Source: Eledone cirrhosa
Taxonomy: Eukaryota
Length of the DNA stretch: 64,000 bases
NCBI GenBank assembly: GCA_964016885.1
Contig: OZ024749.1
Coordinates: 310,001 to 374,000, forward strand
Direction: 5' to 3'
Part shown: piece after piece, positions 1 through 11,181 of the stretch
Position numbering within the stretch: the first letter of the stretch is position 1
How the letters are laid out: every line of letters begins with the position of its first letter
Program-made: the position numbers and the translations under genes
Notes under the pieces: model-generated
What the model saw: only the letters and a program-made list of their open reading frames with translations
What the model was told of the DNA's origin: nothing
Databases searched by the model: none

Positions 1-631
1 TATGACTACTACACAGAATTCATTCAACCACAGGTATATTTCACTATTATCACCTGTTACTATAATTCATATCCTATATTCCCATCTTTCTCTACCATTC
101 CTCTACCATATCTTAATCAAACTCTGCCAGATTTTTTATTTTCTATCTCTTCAGCTCCTTCCATTTTTTTCCCTATATTCCTTGAATATTTATGCTTATA
201 CTGACAGCCAGCATGTGTGTACATGATGGCTGCAAACTCTGCTAAGAGTATTGCAATAGCTTGTCGGATTATAGAGTTTGGTGCACTTTTAGGTTATGGC
301 CAGCCACATGAACCTGTAACAGACCCTGAATAAGCAATGCCTGTACTTTGAAGGATTTTAAAGGTGGCAAAAGGCCTTACACTCGACCAATTCCACTCTC
401 TGAGTATCGAAAACACTCCCCGAAAAGGAGAACTTGTCAACATCATCGAATGCTTCCGAAGCCGCAGGTTTATTTTCAGTTTCCTTCTCCTAGAAAGGTG
501 TTGTGACAACAACTGGGGGCCTTTCACTCCCAGGTAAATAAAAAAAAAGTACTATTTGGATAACCGTTGCATCTGCTGAGTTCCTCCACCCTTTACCGGG
601 TCTTGTATTTCATCCCATAGAGTGTCCAAAT

Positions 632-2030
632 GGCATTAAGTTAGTTGACCAGGTCATGAAGGTCACAGAAAGAGTTATAGCGCAACTAATCAGAGAGCGA
701 ATTGATCTAGATGAAATGCAGTTTGGGTTTGTGTCAGGTAAAAGTACCACAGATGCTCTTTTCCTTGTACATTTGAAACATGGAAGCATAGCCTAGAATC
801 AAAAGGCCTTAAAGTTAACTTGTCTAAGACTAAAGTTCTAGTCTGTAGAAAGGAAAATAGGGCACAGGTGCCCTCAGGGAAATGGCCATGCTCAGGAGTA
901 GGCAGAAATTCCATTTTATGTCCCAAATGCAAAGTATGGGTACATAAAAGATGTAGTGGGATCACAGGTAAACTATTTAAGAACGTAGACTTTATATGTG
1001 GCCAATGCTCAGGTGCAATAAGCAGCAAGTGTCCAAAGGATACTAGCTCCTTCTATTGCCCAGATGGTTCTATAGAAATAGTAGACACTTTCCGTTACCT
1101 GGGTGACGAAATCAGCAGTGGTGGAGGGTGTTCTGAAAGTACAGTAGCCAGAGTCAGAACGGGATGGAAAAAGTTCAGAGAGCTTATACCGCTGTTGGCC
1201 ACAAAAGGTTTCTCTCTAAAAATGAAAGGCAGATTGTATGATGCCTGTATACGAACAGCAATGCTACATGGCAGTGAGACATGGGCATTACGGGCAGAGG
1301 ACCTGCGTAGACTGGAAAGGAACGAAGCATGCATGCTCCGTTGGATGTGTAATAGTAATATACGTGAACGGCAAAGCATAAATGAACTAAGTGAGAAATT
1401 AGGAATAAGAGGGATCAGATCCTGTTTACTTGAGAGAAGACTACGTTGGTATGGTCACGTGATGCGCATGAAAAATGACAGCTGCATAAAAAAGTGCAGG
1501 GCGATCAAAATTGATGGTAGTTACGGAGTAGGTAGACCCAGAAAAACCTGGGACGATCTGATAAATTCCGACCTTACACACTTGCACCTCTCTAAGACAA
1601 TGTCTCTGGACCGAGATCTTTGGCGCTACGCAGTAATACAGAAGACCCACCTTGCCTATGTACAAAGCGAAACCTACAATCAGTAGGCACCTCTTAACCA
1701 AATATACACCCCAATCCATTACCCCTACCCTATCCTCCCACTCCCACCAACAGCACGAGATAATGAGATCGAGATTGTGTAGGTGTCACGACAAAAAAAC
1801 ACACAGTCCACGCTGTAATGTGGCCATGTAGGTAACACGGTAAAAAGTTCCCACTTCCACACTGTAAATGAGGTTGACGTTAGGAAGGGCATCCAGCCGT
1901 AGAAAACCTGCCAGATAGTCCTATATGAGCGAGACACGGTCACCCGACCAGCCTTGTCTCAAGTGGGACAACTCCCGTCTAACCCATGCTAGCGTGGAAA
2001 ATGGACAATAAACGAAGAAGATGATGATGA
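632..2030 (+). mobile_element. RTE LINE family A1, 5'-truncated with an internal deletion near 771
   Basis: ORF 820-1686 has [25 protein letters not shown] and GRPRKTW; 3'UTR ends in (GAT)n. Confidence 0.9.
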
Positions 2031-2087
2031 TATATATATATATATATATATGAATGTATGTATAGTATATTTGATAATATACTGTAT

Positions 2088-2684
2088 CATCATCACCGTT
2101 TTACGTCCGTTCTTCCACGCTAGCATGGGTTAGACGGGTTGTCCTGTTGTGGGCAGTGTCTGGTCGGCTGACCATGCCTTGCTCATACAGGAACTGATTT
2201 GACTTGATTTCTACAGCTGGATGCCCTTCCTAACACCAACCTCATTTACAGTGAGTGCTGGGTGCTTTTTCGTGGCGCCTACACGTCCACTTTACAGTGT
2301 GGGCTGGGTGCTTTTTTGCCATGGCACCTTCACGACCACCTTGCGGTGGAGGGGGTGGGGGCATATTGTCTATATGCTTCAGCTTGTACCCATGGGAGGT
2401 CGGGTACTCTGTATTACTGCATGACGCCAGAGGTCACGGTCGTGTGTCATTGCCTTTGAGAGATGTAATTGGGTAAGGTCGGCTTTTATCACCTCATCCC
2501 AGGTCATCTTAGGTCTCCCCACTCCGCGGTTTCCATCGACTTCTAGTGCACTGCACCTTTTTATGCAGCTGTCATCCTTCATACGCATCACATGTCCATA
2601 CCAGCGCAACCGCCTCTGCTGCACACAGCATTTGATTCCTCTTATGCTCAGTCTCTCTCTCAATTCATTTATGCTTTGTCGTTC
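2088..2684 (-). mobile_element. RTE LINE family A3, 3' fragment with 7-bp TSD ACTGTAT
   Basis: [18 protein letters not shown] peptide and a (GAT)n tail. ACTGTAT occurs at 2081-2087 and 2685-2691; an empty-site paralog is at ~16588-16657. Confidence 0.9.
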
Positions 2685-3101
2685 ACTGTATGTTTATTTT
2701 AAAACATTTTGAAGACCATTCACTGTGTGGAGGAACTCAGGAGAGACAACGGTCATCCAATAAAGATTTTAATTTTTTTTGTGGAGCAAGAGACTCTTAG
2801 TCTTCATTAAGACATCTCTCTAGGAGAAGGTTACTCTGATATAAAACCTGTGACTTCATTTACATCTAGTTCTTCTTTTTGGGTTATTGCATTTGATGTT
2901 TAGAGAGTGGGATTCGCTCCGTGCAAAGCCTTTCCTCACTTAAAAAAGCTTCAAACACCAGCATCGCTTGATATGTGACATTTTTTGTGATGCAAGGTAT
3001 GCATCACAAAAAATTTTGTGATGCAAGCAGGACTAAAATTCCAAGTCTGTAATGCTCATGCTTAAGTATTAAGCGATGGCATTACTTGAAATCGAGTTAC
3101 A

Positions 3102-3106
<5 letters not shown>

Positions 3107-3154
<48 letters not shown>
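3107..3154. repeat. (TA)n microsatellite, followed by a 40-bp piece of the 58920-type PLE terminus
   Basis: Seen directly; 3153-3195 matches 58921-58962. Confidence 0.9.
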
Positions 3155-3160
<6 letters not shown>

Positions 3161-3334
3161 TAACAGATTAAAGTTTAAGCAAAGAATCGCTGCTTAACAC
3201 GATTTTAGTCTTCACATTTATTATTATTACTATATATATATATATGTGTTCAGAAGAGATTGTTTTGATAGAAACAAGAGTAAGCAGGAGAAAGCTCTCA
3301 ACATTCATAGTTTGTAGTTACGATGGAGATTCAG

Positions 3335-3685
3335 TATAATAATAACATTAATAAAGATGCTGGTGTTACATAAATCGTTTATTCATTATAATTATTTCAA
3401 CAGATCTCCCATGCAATCAAGATGTAATTCATGCATTTGTTGTTATGAGAACGGTATACTCAGATGAAATTCGATTTTGCGATATGCTGCCTGGACGCAC
3501 GAGTAGAAGGACGTGTTTTTTTCCTGCTGGTGACATATCACAAAATTGAATTTAATCTGAAGATACCGTTCTTATAACAATAACAAATGCATGAATTACA
3601 TCTTGATTGCATGGGAGAACCGTTGATGTAATTATAATGAATAAACAATCTATGTAACATCAGCATCTTTATTAACGTTATTATA
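3335..3685. mobile_element. Inverted pair of PLE-like terminal repeats (3335-3487 minus, 3533-3685 plus), each with a degenerate long-stem-II hammerhead
   Basis: About 150-bp imperfect inverted repeat. Consensus of the two copies: TTCAT-CTGAAGA-T-[stem II ~59 nt]-T-GAAATAATTATA-ATGAA, then AATAAA. Confidence 0.6.
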
Positions 3686-3909
3686 TATATATAGGTATAC
3701 AAGATATTGTGTATATATATATATATATATATATATAATATCATAATTAGTAAATAAACATATATCATAAGCATTAGAAAAGTTTATAACAGCAGGTGCA
3801 TAGATCCAATATAAATTTAAGAATCTAAAAATACATCTCCAAAATATATTTTAATAAAAAGTTTGACTGCGTCTTTCAGTCATAAAGATAAGCTATGATT
3901 TTTCAAATG

Positions 3910-4630
3910 TAATAATTGTTTTTACGTTTGGCACAAGGCCAGCAATTATCCCAGTGCATTACTGGTACTTTATTTTATCGATCCCATAAGGACGAAAGGC
4001 AAAGTTAACACCGGCGGGATTTGAACTCAGACTGTAAAGGGGCGTAACTCTATGCTGCAAAGCATGGCGTCTGACCCTCCACCGATACTGCCAATCCACC
4101 ATACTATTACCTTTCAAAGGTAATAATTGTTTCTACTTTTGGAACAAGACCAGCAAATTACTCAATACATTACTGGTACTTTATTTTATCGACTCCGTAA
4201 GGATGAAAGGCAAAGTTAACCTCGGTTAATGTCGGTAATAATTGTTTCTACTTTTTGGCACAAGGCCAGCAATTATCCCAGTACTTTACCGGTACTTTAT
4301 TTTATCGACCCCGTAAGGATGAAAGGAAAAGTTAACCTCGGCGGGATTTGAACTCAGAATGGCAAGGGCCATAACTCTATGCGTCAAAGCATGGCGTCCG
4401 ACCCACTACCGATACTGCCAATCCATATCAAATGTTAGTAATAATTGTTTCTACTTTAGGCACAAGGCCAGCAATTACTCAGTGCATTACTGGTATTTTA
4501 TTTTATCGACCCCGTAAGGATGAAAGGCAAAGTCAACCTCGGCTGGATTTGAACTCAGATCGTAAAGGGACGTAACTATGCTGGAAAGCATGATGTCCGA
4601 CCCTCTACCGATACTGCCAATCCACCGCCC
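3910..4630 (-). mobile_element. Cluster of four tRNA-derived SINEs with a Nin/Deu-like central domain (three near full length, one partial)
   Basis: Minus strand GGGCGGTGGATTGGCAG...GAGTTCAAATCC (Pol III boxes), then GACTTTGCCTTTCATCCTTACGGGGTCGATAAAATAAAGTACCAG and an (ATT)n tail. TSD AATGTTAGTAATAAT at 4431/4631. Confidence 0.85.
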
Positions 4631-5001
4631 AATGTTAGTAATAATGTCGGCTGAACGTAGTCTGTAAAATAAACATCAAATATTGGTTAAAGTGTTATTA
4701 TTATTAATCAAATCATTCAAATGAATTAATGTTTAGTAAATATAATCAGCAAAGTAAAATCCAGTATAGAATAAGTGCTACCATCATAAGAAGCACAACA
4801 TATTTGAATAGGAGGCAGAAAGTCTTATATACTAAGCATAAATAACTCCATCTTAACAGAGTTTGAAACATTTCAAAAATTCTTCTACCTTTGCTATCTT
4901 CTCTTATATGAATGTTAATACTTATGCTTACTTCCCATATTATGTATCCTCATAATGTTCTTTGACAAACTGATATTATATTTGTGTTTTAACCTTTACT
5001 A

Positions 5002-5053
5002 AATACTCCGATGATTCCGGCCTTGTGTTAGGATGAAACGATTGTAAGTGATT
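5002..5053 (+). ncRNA. Minimal type I hammerhead ribozyme motif (PLE 3' end remnant)
   Basis: AATACT-CCGATGA-T-TCC..GGA-T-GAAAC-GATT-GTA-AGTGATT. Upstream 4790-4860 reads like a decayed PLE C-terminus (YLNRRQK..KHK). Confidence 0.6.
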
Positions 5054-5099
5054 AAATGTTCAAAAACACTCTTTGATTGTCGTTTATAAAGTATATATA

Positions 5100-5865
5100 T
5101 ATAAAATATACACAATGCCGATCTTGGGTACACAAGAGATGTAGTGGGATAGCAGGCAAACTAACAGGTAGGGAAAACTACAAATGCAATAGAAGTTCAG
5201 GGAAATTTGACAGTAGAAGTCGCAGTGATAGACACATTATAGAGGTGGTTGATAGCTTACAATACCTAGGTGATGAGATTAGTATGGGAGGAGGGTGCTC
5301 CGAGGCCATAGTTTCTAGAATAAGGACAGGTTGGAAGAAGTTTAGGGAGCTGCTTCCTTTGCTGACAAAGAAGGGTTTCTCCATATGAACGAAAGACTGG
5401 TTATATGATGCCTGTGTGAGATGTGCGATGCTGCATGGTAGTGAGACATGGGCAGCAACTGCAGAGGATATGCGATGGCTGGAGAGAAATGAAGCAAGCA
5501 TGTTCTGTTGGATGTGCAATGTCAATGTGTGTGAACAACCAAGCATAGACGAGTTGAGAGAGAAACTGTGTATAAGAGGGATAAGTTGTAGTGTGCAGGA
5601 GAGAAGGCTGCAATGGTGAAGACATGTGATGTGTATGGAGAATGACCACTGGGTAAAGAAGTGCCAAGAAATCCCAGTAGAAAGAAGACGCAGTAGAGGT
5701 AGACCACAAAAAATGTGGGCGGAGGTGGTGAGAGCAGACCTCAGATCGCTGGAACTGACAGAGGAGATGGTGAAGGATCGTGACAAGTGGAGAGATGCTG
5801 TGCTGAATAGGACCCATCCAACCCTTGCAAGCAGGGAAAAGCGGACGTAAAATGATGATGATGAT
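5100..5865 (+). mobile_element. RTE LINE family A2, 3' fragment
   Basis: [22 protein letters not shown], ...LNRTHPTLASREKRT* followed by (GAT)n. Confidence 0.9.
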
Positions 5866-6169
5866 ATATATTATACTGAAACAAAGCTATCGAACAGGGC
5901 TTATGCACCTTTGGTCGTTTTCCCACTCACTCAATAATTTAATTAAGTCAGTATCATTAAGACACTAATACATGGAAATTAGAGTGGACATTATTGTTAA
6001 TTAGTGAGATGAACGATTTTGTGTGGGTAAAAAATTAAATTTTCTGGCCCCAGACCAATACATTAGTTTCTGCAACTTATAAAATTTTAACATCTTGCCA
6101 ACTGCAACATCTTGCCAACTGCAATTGTTTACATGTTTGGATTGAAGATATTTGACATCGAAGGTAAAT

Positions 6170-6913
6170 ATCATCATCATCATCATTTTACGTCCGCTTT
6201 TCCCTGCTTGCAAGGGTTGGACGGGTCCTATTCAGCACAGCATCTCTCCACTTGTCACGATCCTTCATCATCTCCTCTGTCAGTTTCAGCGATCTGAGGT
6301 CTGCTCTCACCACCTCCACCCATGTTTTACGTGGTCTACCTCTACTGCGTCTTCCTTCTACTGGGATTTCTTGGCACTTTTTTACCCAGTGGTCATCCTC
6401 CATGCACATCACATGTCCATACCAACGCAGTCTTCTCTCCTGTACACTACAGTTTATCCCTCTTATACACAGCCTCTTTCTCAACTCATCTATGCTTGGT
6501 CGTTCACACACATTGACATTGCACATCCAATGGAGCATGCTTGCTTCATTTCTCTCCAGCCATCGCATATCCTTCGCAGTTGCTGCCCATGTCTCACTAC
6601 CATTCAGCATCATGCATGTCACACAGGCATCATATAACCGGCCTTTCGTTCATATGGAGAAACCCTTCTTTGTCAGCAGAGGAAGCAGCCCCCTAAACTT
6701 CTTCCAACTCGTCCTTATTCTAGATACTATGGCCTCGGAACACCCTCCTCCCTTACTAATCTGATCACCTAGGTACTGGAAGCTATCAACCACTTCTACT
6801 GTCAAATTACCTTCAACATCTTCTGCATATGTAGTTTTCCTACCTGTTAGTTTGCCTGCTATCCCACTACATCTCTTGTGTACCCAAGATCTGCATTGTG
6901 TACATTTTATAGA
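6170..6913 (-). mobile_element. RTE LINE family A2, 3' fragment, inverted relative to 5100-5865
   Basis: ORF 6188-6622 gives the same peptide; (CAT)n on the plus strand. Confidence 0.9.
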
Positions 6914-7262
6914 AATATGTTATTTATATTGTTTAATGGATTCTGAAGCAGCCAGTACAGCAGTACAGAGAAGAATGATAGAACACCTTACTGTATTGAT
7001 AGAAACATTTGTAAATCACTTGAATAATTTAATGTAATTTAATCCTGGTTATTTTATTCTTTCATGTATATATATATATATATATATGTAAAGTGATATA
7101 TATATATTGTTATACTTTGGGAGGGTCATGTTGCCAATAAGAAACACACGCACCAGTTGCTTTCACTTCAATTTAATTTAATATATATTTATAAATTTAC
7201 AAATTTATAAATTTCTGGTTGGTTGGTTGGTTCCACAACCAGATAGTTGTTTATATATATAT

Positions 7263-7307
7263 AGTCATAGTTCTTTCGTCACACACTCTGTGACCTCTTC
7301 AGTGACT
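7263..7307 (-). ncRNA. Hammerhead ribozyme motif (inverted copy of 10682-10726)
   Basis: Exact reverse complement of 10682-10726. Confidence 0.75.
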
Positions 7308-8227
7308 GGGGATTTCTTTCTTCGTTTCTGTGCCTTTCCTTTCTTCTATCCTACGCCATTTTGTTTGTGTGTGGGTTGCGTGCTCAGTTTGCGCATGCGC
7401 CACATCCGGGTGTCTGTGTGTGTTTGTGTTCATTTTTCTATTTTTCTATTTATATTTGTTTGTTTATTTATTTATTTATTGTTGGTTGGTTGTTTGTTCT
7501 ATGTGTGTGTGTGTTTTCATTTTGTCTTGTGTGTGTTTTCATTTTGTGTGTGTTTTCAATTGTAAGTTGTTTGTTCTATGTGTGTGTGTGTTTTCATTTT
7601 GTCCTTAATTGTAAGTTGTGATGTTGCTGTTCCACTCATATTTTCTATTTAATTTTGGTTTTAATTCTTTTATGCTTACTGCCTCTGTAATTTGCCTAAA
7701 CATTGCGTCTTTCTTGTGTGTGGATTCTATTTTTATTTCTATGCTCTCTAATTTACCCCTGTGTTCTATCTTAGCATGTTGGTAGAGCACAGATGATTCT
7801 TTACTATCTTGGAGGTCTCGCCAGTGTTCATTTATTCGTTCCCCTATACTACGAGCTGTCTCACCTATGTACACTATATTTTTGTTTCTACATTGTCCCT
7901 CAGTACATCTTATGCTATATACTACATTTCTAGTTTTACAGTTAATATGGGGGCTTATTTTACAGGTTATACATTTCTTATCTATACATGAGGGTCTTTG
8001 GAACGGGTATGTCTTGCTAATAAGTGTTTTTACGGAGGTACCAGGTCTTTCTACTATCTTAATATTGAGATTATGTTTCTTTAGGGCCCTTCTAAATTTG
8101 TAGGCTAGTTCGCCTCTAGGGGTTGTATTGATGAACATTACACTCTGGTATTTATTGCTATCATACCATGAGTTTATTCTATTGGCCTTGTTCTTAGTTC
8201 TTTCTATTCTTAGTTCTTGCAAATGGC

Positions 8228-10384
8228 TTGCGTAAGCTCATGCAGCGCTCGCGTAATGGAGAGATAGCATGCTTTCCAACAGACAAGTCTGGCAGAATGT
8301 CGGTTGACAGCCTGCCAAACTACATCCAGGCAATGCAACCCCACATCACTAACACAAGAGAGGTAACACCACAGGAGCATGAGGATAGAGAAAAAACCCT
8401 CAATGCCCATATGGTGATGTGGACAAATATAATGCAGCCCAACAAAAGGACTGCCAACAACTTCCAGGCCTGGAACAATGACGTGCCGGCGTTGTATGGG
8501 CTTCGAAAAGACCATAAAACGGGCTGGGACCCTGTCGCGGGACCACCAACACGGCCAGCCTGTGGGGCTAACATTGCTAGTAACTACAGACTGTCCTACT
8601 TCCTCTCCCTGATCATACGCCCCATCATTGAGATGTCCCCAGATGTGTGTGACAGCACGGAGGACCTCCTCAGCAGAATCGACGCGGGTAACCGATCTGG
8701 GGACCTAACAAACTGCATAATAGGCAGTATGGATGTTGTGTCCCTGTATCCATCTATTGACGTGGATTTTGCTGTGGAGAAATGCGTCGAAATGATCAGC
8801 GAGAGCAAGGTTGAGTTCCGTGGGATTGATACCAGTGAGCTGGGACTTCTACTTAAGCTTACCCATAGTAATAGTTACCTAGACACTTATGACCTTAGCA
8901 ACCTGTGCCCTACAAGACCAGCAAGAGGCAGACCACCTACCATTACCTCAATGGCCAAGAAAACCCACACAGATAGATGGAACGGGTGGACCAGAGCCAT
9001 ACGAACACCCGAAAACCACGATGAACTGAAGAAAATGATTGCACATGCGGTAGGGGCCAGCATAAAATTAACCCTTAAGGAACATATGTTCAAATTTAAT
9101 GGTAAAACATATGCCCAAGAGGAAGGAGCAGCCATTGGTGTTAGCATTGCAGGCGACATAGCTAACTTGTTCATGGTATGGTGGGACAGTAGACTTAAAC
9201 AAAAACTTAAAGAACAATTAGAAGACAGCTTAACCCTGATAATGTACTCCCGCTACGTAGATGATATAAACATCGTAGTTAAGACACCTCCACTAAAGAA
9301 CAGTCAGGAACCTGAGAAAAACACAATGGAAAGCATCCAGCAAATAGCAAACTCCATCCACCAGAGCATTAGAGTTACTATAGACTACCCAAGTAGACAC
9401 CCCAACCATCGATTACCTGTACTAGACACAGAGCTCTGGTTAGATACTATTAACAACCAAAAACAAATCCTCCATTCCCATTATGCCAAACCCATGACTT
9501 CCAAACATCTGATCCACCGAAACTCGGCCATTTCGGACCATACCAAAATCAACATACTGATTGCGGATTTGATACGGGTGATGAGAAATGTGTCCCGCAT
9601 GTGCAACCCCGAAGAACTAGAGAGACACATACAACACTTCATCCACCGTATGCAGTTCTCTGGCTACAATCAGAGAGATAGAATCAGAGTGTATAAAGGA
9701 GCCAGAACCAAATGGGAAAAAATGGTAAATAATGACATAAATGGGACCTGCCCCTTGTATAGGAGCAAATTTTGGAATAGAATAGAAAGAACTAAGAACA
9801 AGGCCAATAGAATAAACTCATGGTATGATAGCAATAAATACCAGAGTGTAATGTTCATCAATACAACCCCTAGAGGCGAACTAGCCTACAAATTTAGAAG
9901 GGCCCTAAAGAAACATAATCTCAATATTAAGATAGTAGAAAGACCTGGTACCTCCGTAAAAACACTTATTAGCAAGACATACCCGTTCCAAAGACCCTCA
10001 TGTATAGATAAGAAATGTATAACCTGTAAAATAAGCCCCCATATTAACTGTAAAACTAGAAATGTAGTATATAGCATAAGATGTACTGAGGGACAATGTA
10101 GAAACAAAAATATAGTGTACATAGGTGAGACAGCTCGTAGTATAGGGGAACGAATAAATGAACACTGGCGAGACCTCCAAGATAGTAAAGAATCATCTGT
10201 GCTCTACCAACATGCTAAGATAGAACACAGGGGTAAATTAGAGAGCATAGAAATAAAAATAGAATCCACACACAAGAAAGACGCAATGTTTAGGCAAATT
10301 ACAGAGGCAGTAAGCATAAAAGAATTAAAACCAAAATTAAATAGAAAATATGAGTGGAACAGCAACATCACAACTTACAATTAA
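8228..10384 (+). CDS. Penelope-like reverse transcriptase plus C-terminal GIY-YIG endonuclease (718 aa, N-terminally truncated, no stops)
   Basis: PLE TDKSG motif, KDHK..RP, SMDVVSLYPSI, G.AIG, RYVDD, LPVLD; Cys linker CIDKKCITC..C; NVVY.I.C...VYIGETARS..ERINEH; RQITEAVSI...LN. Confidence 0.95.
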   Translation: MRKLMQRSRNGEIACFPTDKSGRMSVDSLPNYIQAMQPHITNTREVTPQEHEDREKTLNAHMVMWTNIMQPNKRTANNFQAWNNDVPALYGLRKDHKTGWDPVAGPPTRPACGANIASNYRLSYFLSLIIRPIIEMSPDVCDSTEDLLSRIDAGNRSGDLTNCIIGSMDVVSLYPSIDVDFAVEKCVEMISESKVEFRGIDTSELGLLLKLTHSNSYLDTYDLSNLCPTRPARGRPPTITSMAKKTHTDRWNGWTRAIRTPENHDELKKMIAHAVGASIKLTLKEHMFKFNGKTYAQEEGAAIGVSIAGDIANLFMVWWDSRLKQKLKEQLEDSLTLIMYSRYVDDINIVVKTPPLKNSQEPEKNTMESIQQIANSIHQSIRVTIDYPSRHPNHRLPVLDTELWLDTINNQKQILHSHYAKPMTSKHLIHRNSAISDHTKINILIADLIRVMRNVSRMCNPEELERHIQHFIHRMQFSGYNQRDRIRVYKGARTKWEKMVNNDINGTCPLYRSKFWNRIERTKNKANRINSWYDSNKYQSVMFINTTPRGELAYKFRRALKKHNLNIKIVERPGTSVKTLISKTYPFQRPSCIDKKCITCKISPHINCKTRNVVYSIRCTEGQCRNKNIVYIGETARSIGERINEHWRDLQDSKESSVLYQHAKIEHRGKLESIEIKIESTHKKDAMFRQITEAVSIKELKPKLNRKYEWNSNITTYN

Positions 10385-10681
10385 GGACAAAATGAAAACA
10401 CACACACACATAGAACAAACAACTTACAATTGAAAACACACACAAAATGAAAACACACACAAGACAAAATGAAAACACACACACACATAGAACAAACAAC
10501 CAACCAACAATAAATAAATAAATAAACAAACAAATATAAATAGAAAAATAGAAAAATGAACACAAACACACACAGACACCCGGATGTGGCGCATGCGCAA
10601 ACTGAGCACGCAACCCACACACAAACAAAATGGCGTAGGATAGAAGAAAGGAAAGGCACAGAAACGAAGAAAGAAATCCCC

Positions 10682-10726
10682 AGTCACTGAAGAGGTCACA
10701 GAGTGTGTGACGAAAGAACTATGACT
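10682..10726 (+). ncRNA. Minimal type I hammerhead ribozyme in the PLE pLTR
   Basis: AGTCA-CTGAAGA-G-GTCACA gagtg TGTGAC-GAAAG-AA-CTA-TGACT: 5-bp stem I, 6-bp stem II, vestigial stem III. Confidence 0.75.
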
Positions 10727-10964
10727 ATATATATATAAACAACTATCTGGTTGTGGAACCAACCAACCAACCAGAAATTTATAAATTTGTAAATTTATAA
10801 ATATATATTAAATTAAATTGAAGTGAAAGCAACTGGTGCGTGTGTTTCTTATTGGCAACATGACCCTCCCAAAGTATAACAATATCGGTTTCAACACACG
10901 ATTTCAGATAAAGAATCTTGCTAAACAAATTCAGAAACGAGATATATATATATATAACTAACAA

Positions 10965-11130
10965 AAAGTGATCACTCTACATGTCTGAATACAATAAATG
11001 TAATCTGAGTTTTTTTAATATTAATAAGCCATGTGAGTAGAATGAGCCCCTCATTCTTGCTCTTGTGTTGGCATGTGAACAGAACTAGAGACAGTTTCTG
11101 GGTGGTTACCCTTCATCAATACTGTTCACC
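10965..11130 (-). mobile_element. PLE-like terminal repeat fragment with a degenerate hammerhead (11083-11126)
   Basis: Minus strand TTGATGA-A-GGGT aacc ACCC-A-GAAACT-GTC-TCTAGTT; homologous to 11990-12176. Confidence 0.55.
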
Positions 11131-11181
11131 TGCCAACTGTCAGATCTAGTGAAAATATATGCTATTTTCTAAAATATACAT

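Larger units (their letters stand above)
7104..10941 (+). mobile_element. Young Penelope-like retroelement, 5'-truncated, with a 1107-bp inverted copy of its 3' part at the 5' end
   Basis: 7104-8210 is the reverse complement of 9779-10885 (mirror ORFs translate identically). Contains an RT+GIY-YIG ORF and a hammerhead in the 3' pLTR; flanked by (TA)n. Confidence 0.95.

Noticed and set aside
208-535. Coding-like island, possibly an exon or a DIRS recombinase remnant
   Set aside because: Stops in all frames and no convincing motif.
6913-7035. Candidate upstream exon EICYLYCLMDSEAASTAVQRRMIEHL
   Set aside because: The acceptor lies within RTE sequence, the donors are weak and there is no recognisable motif; RNA-seq would be needed.
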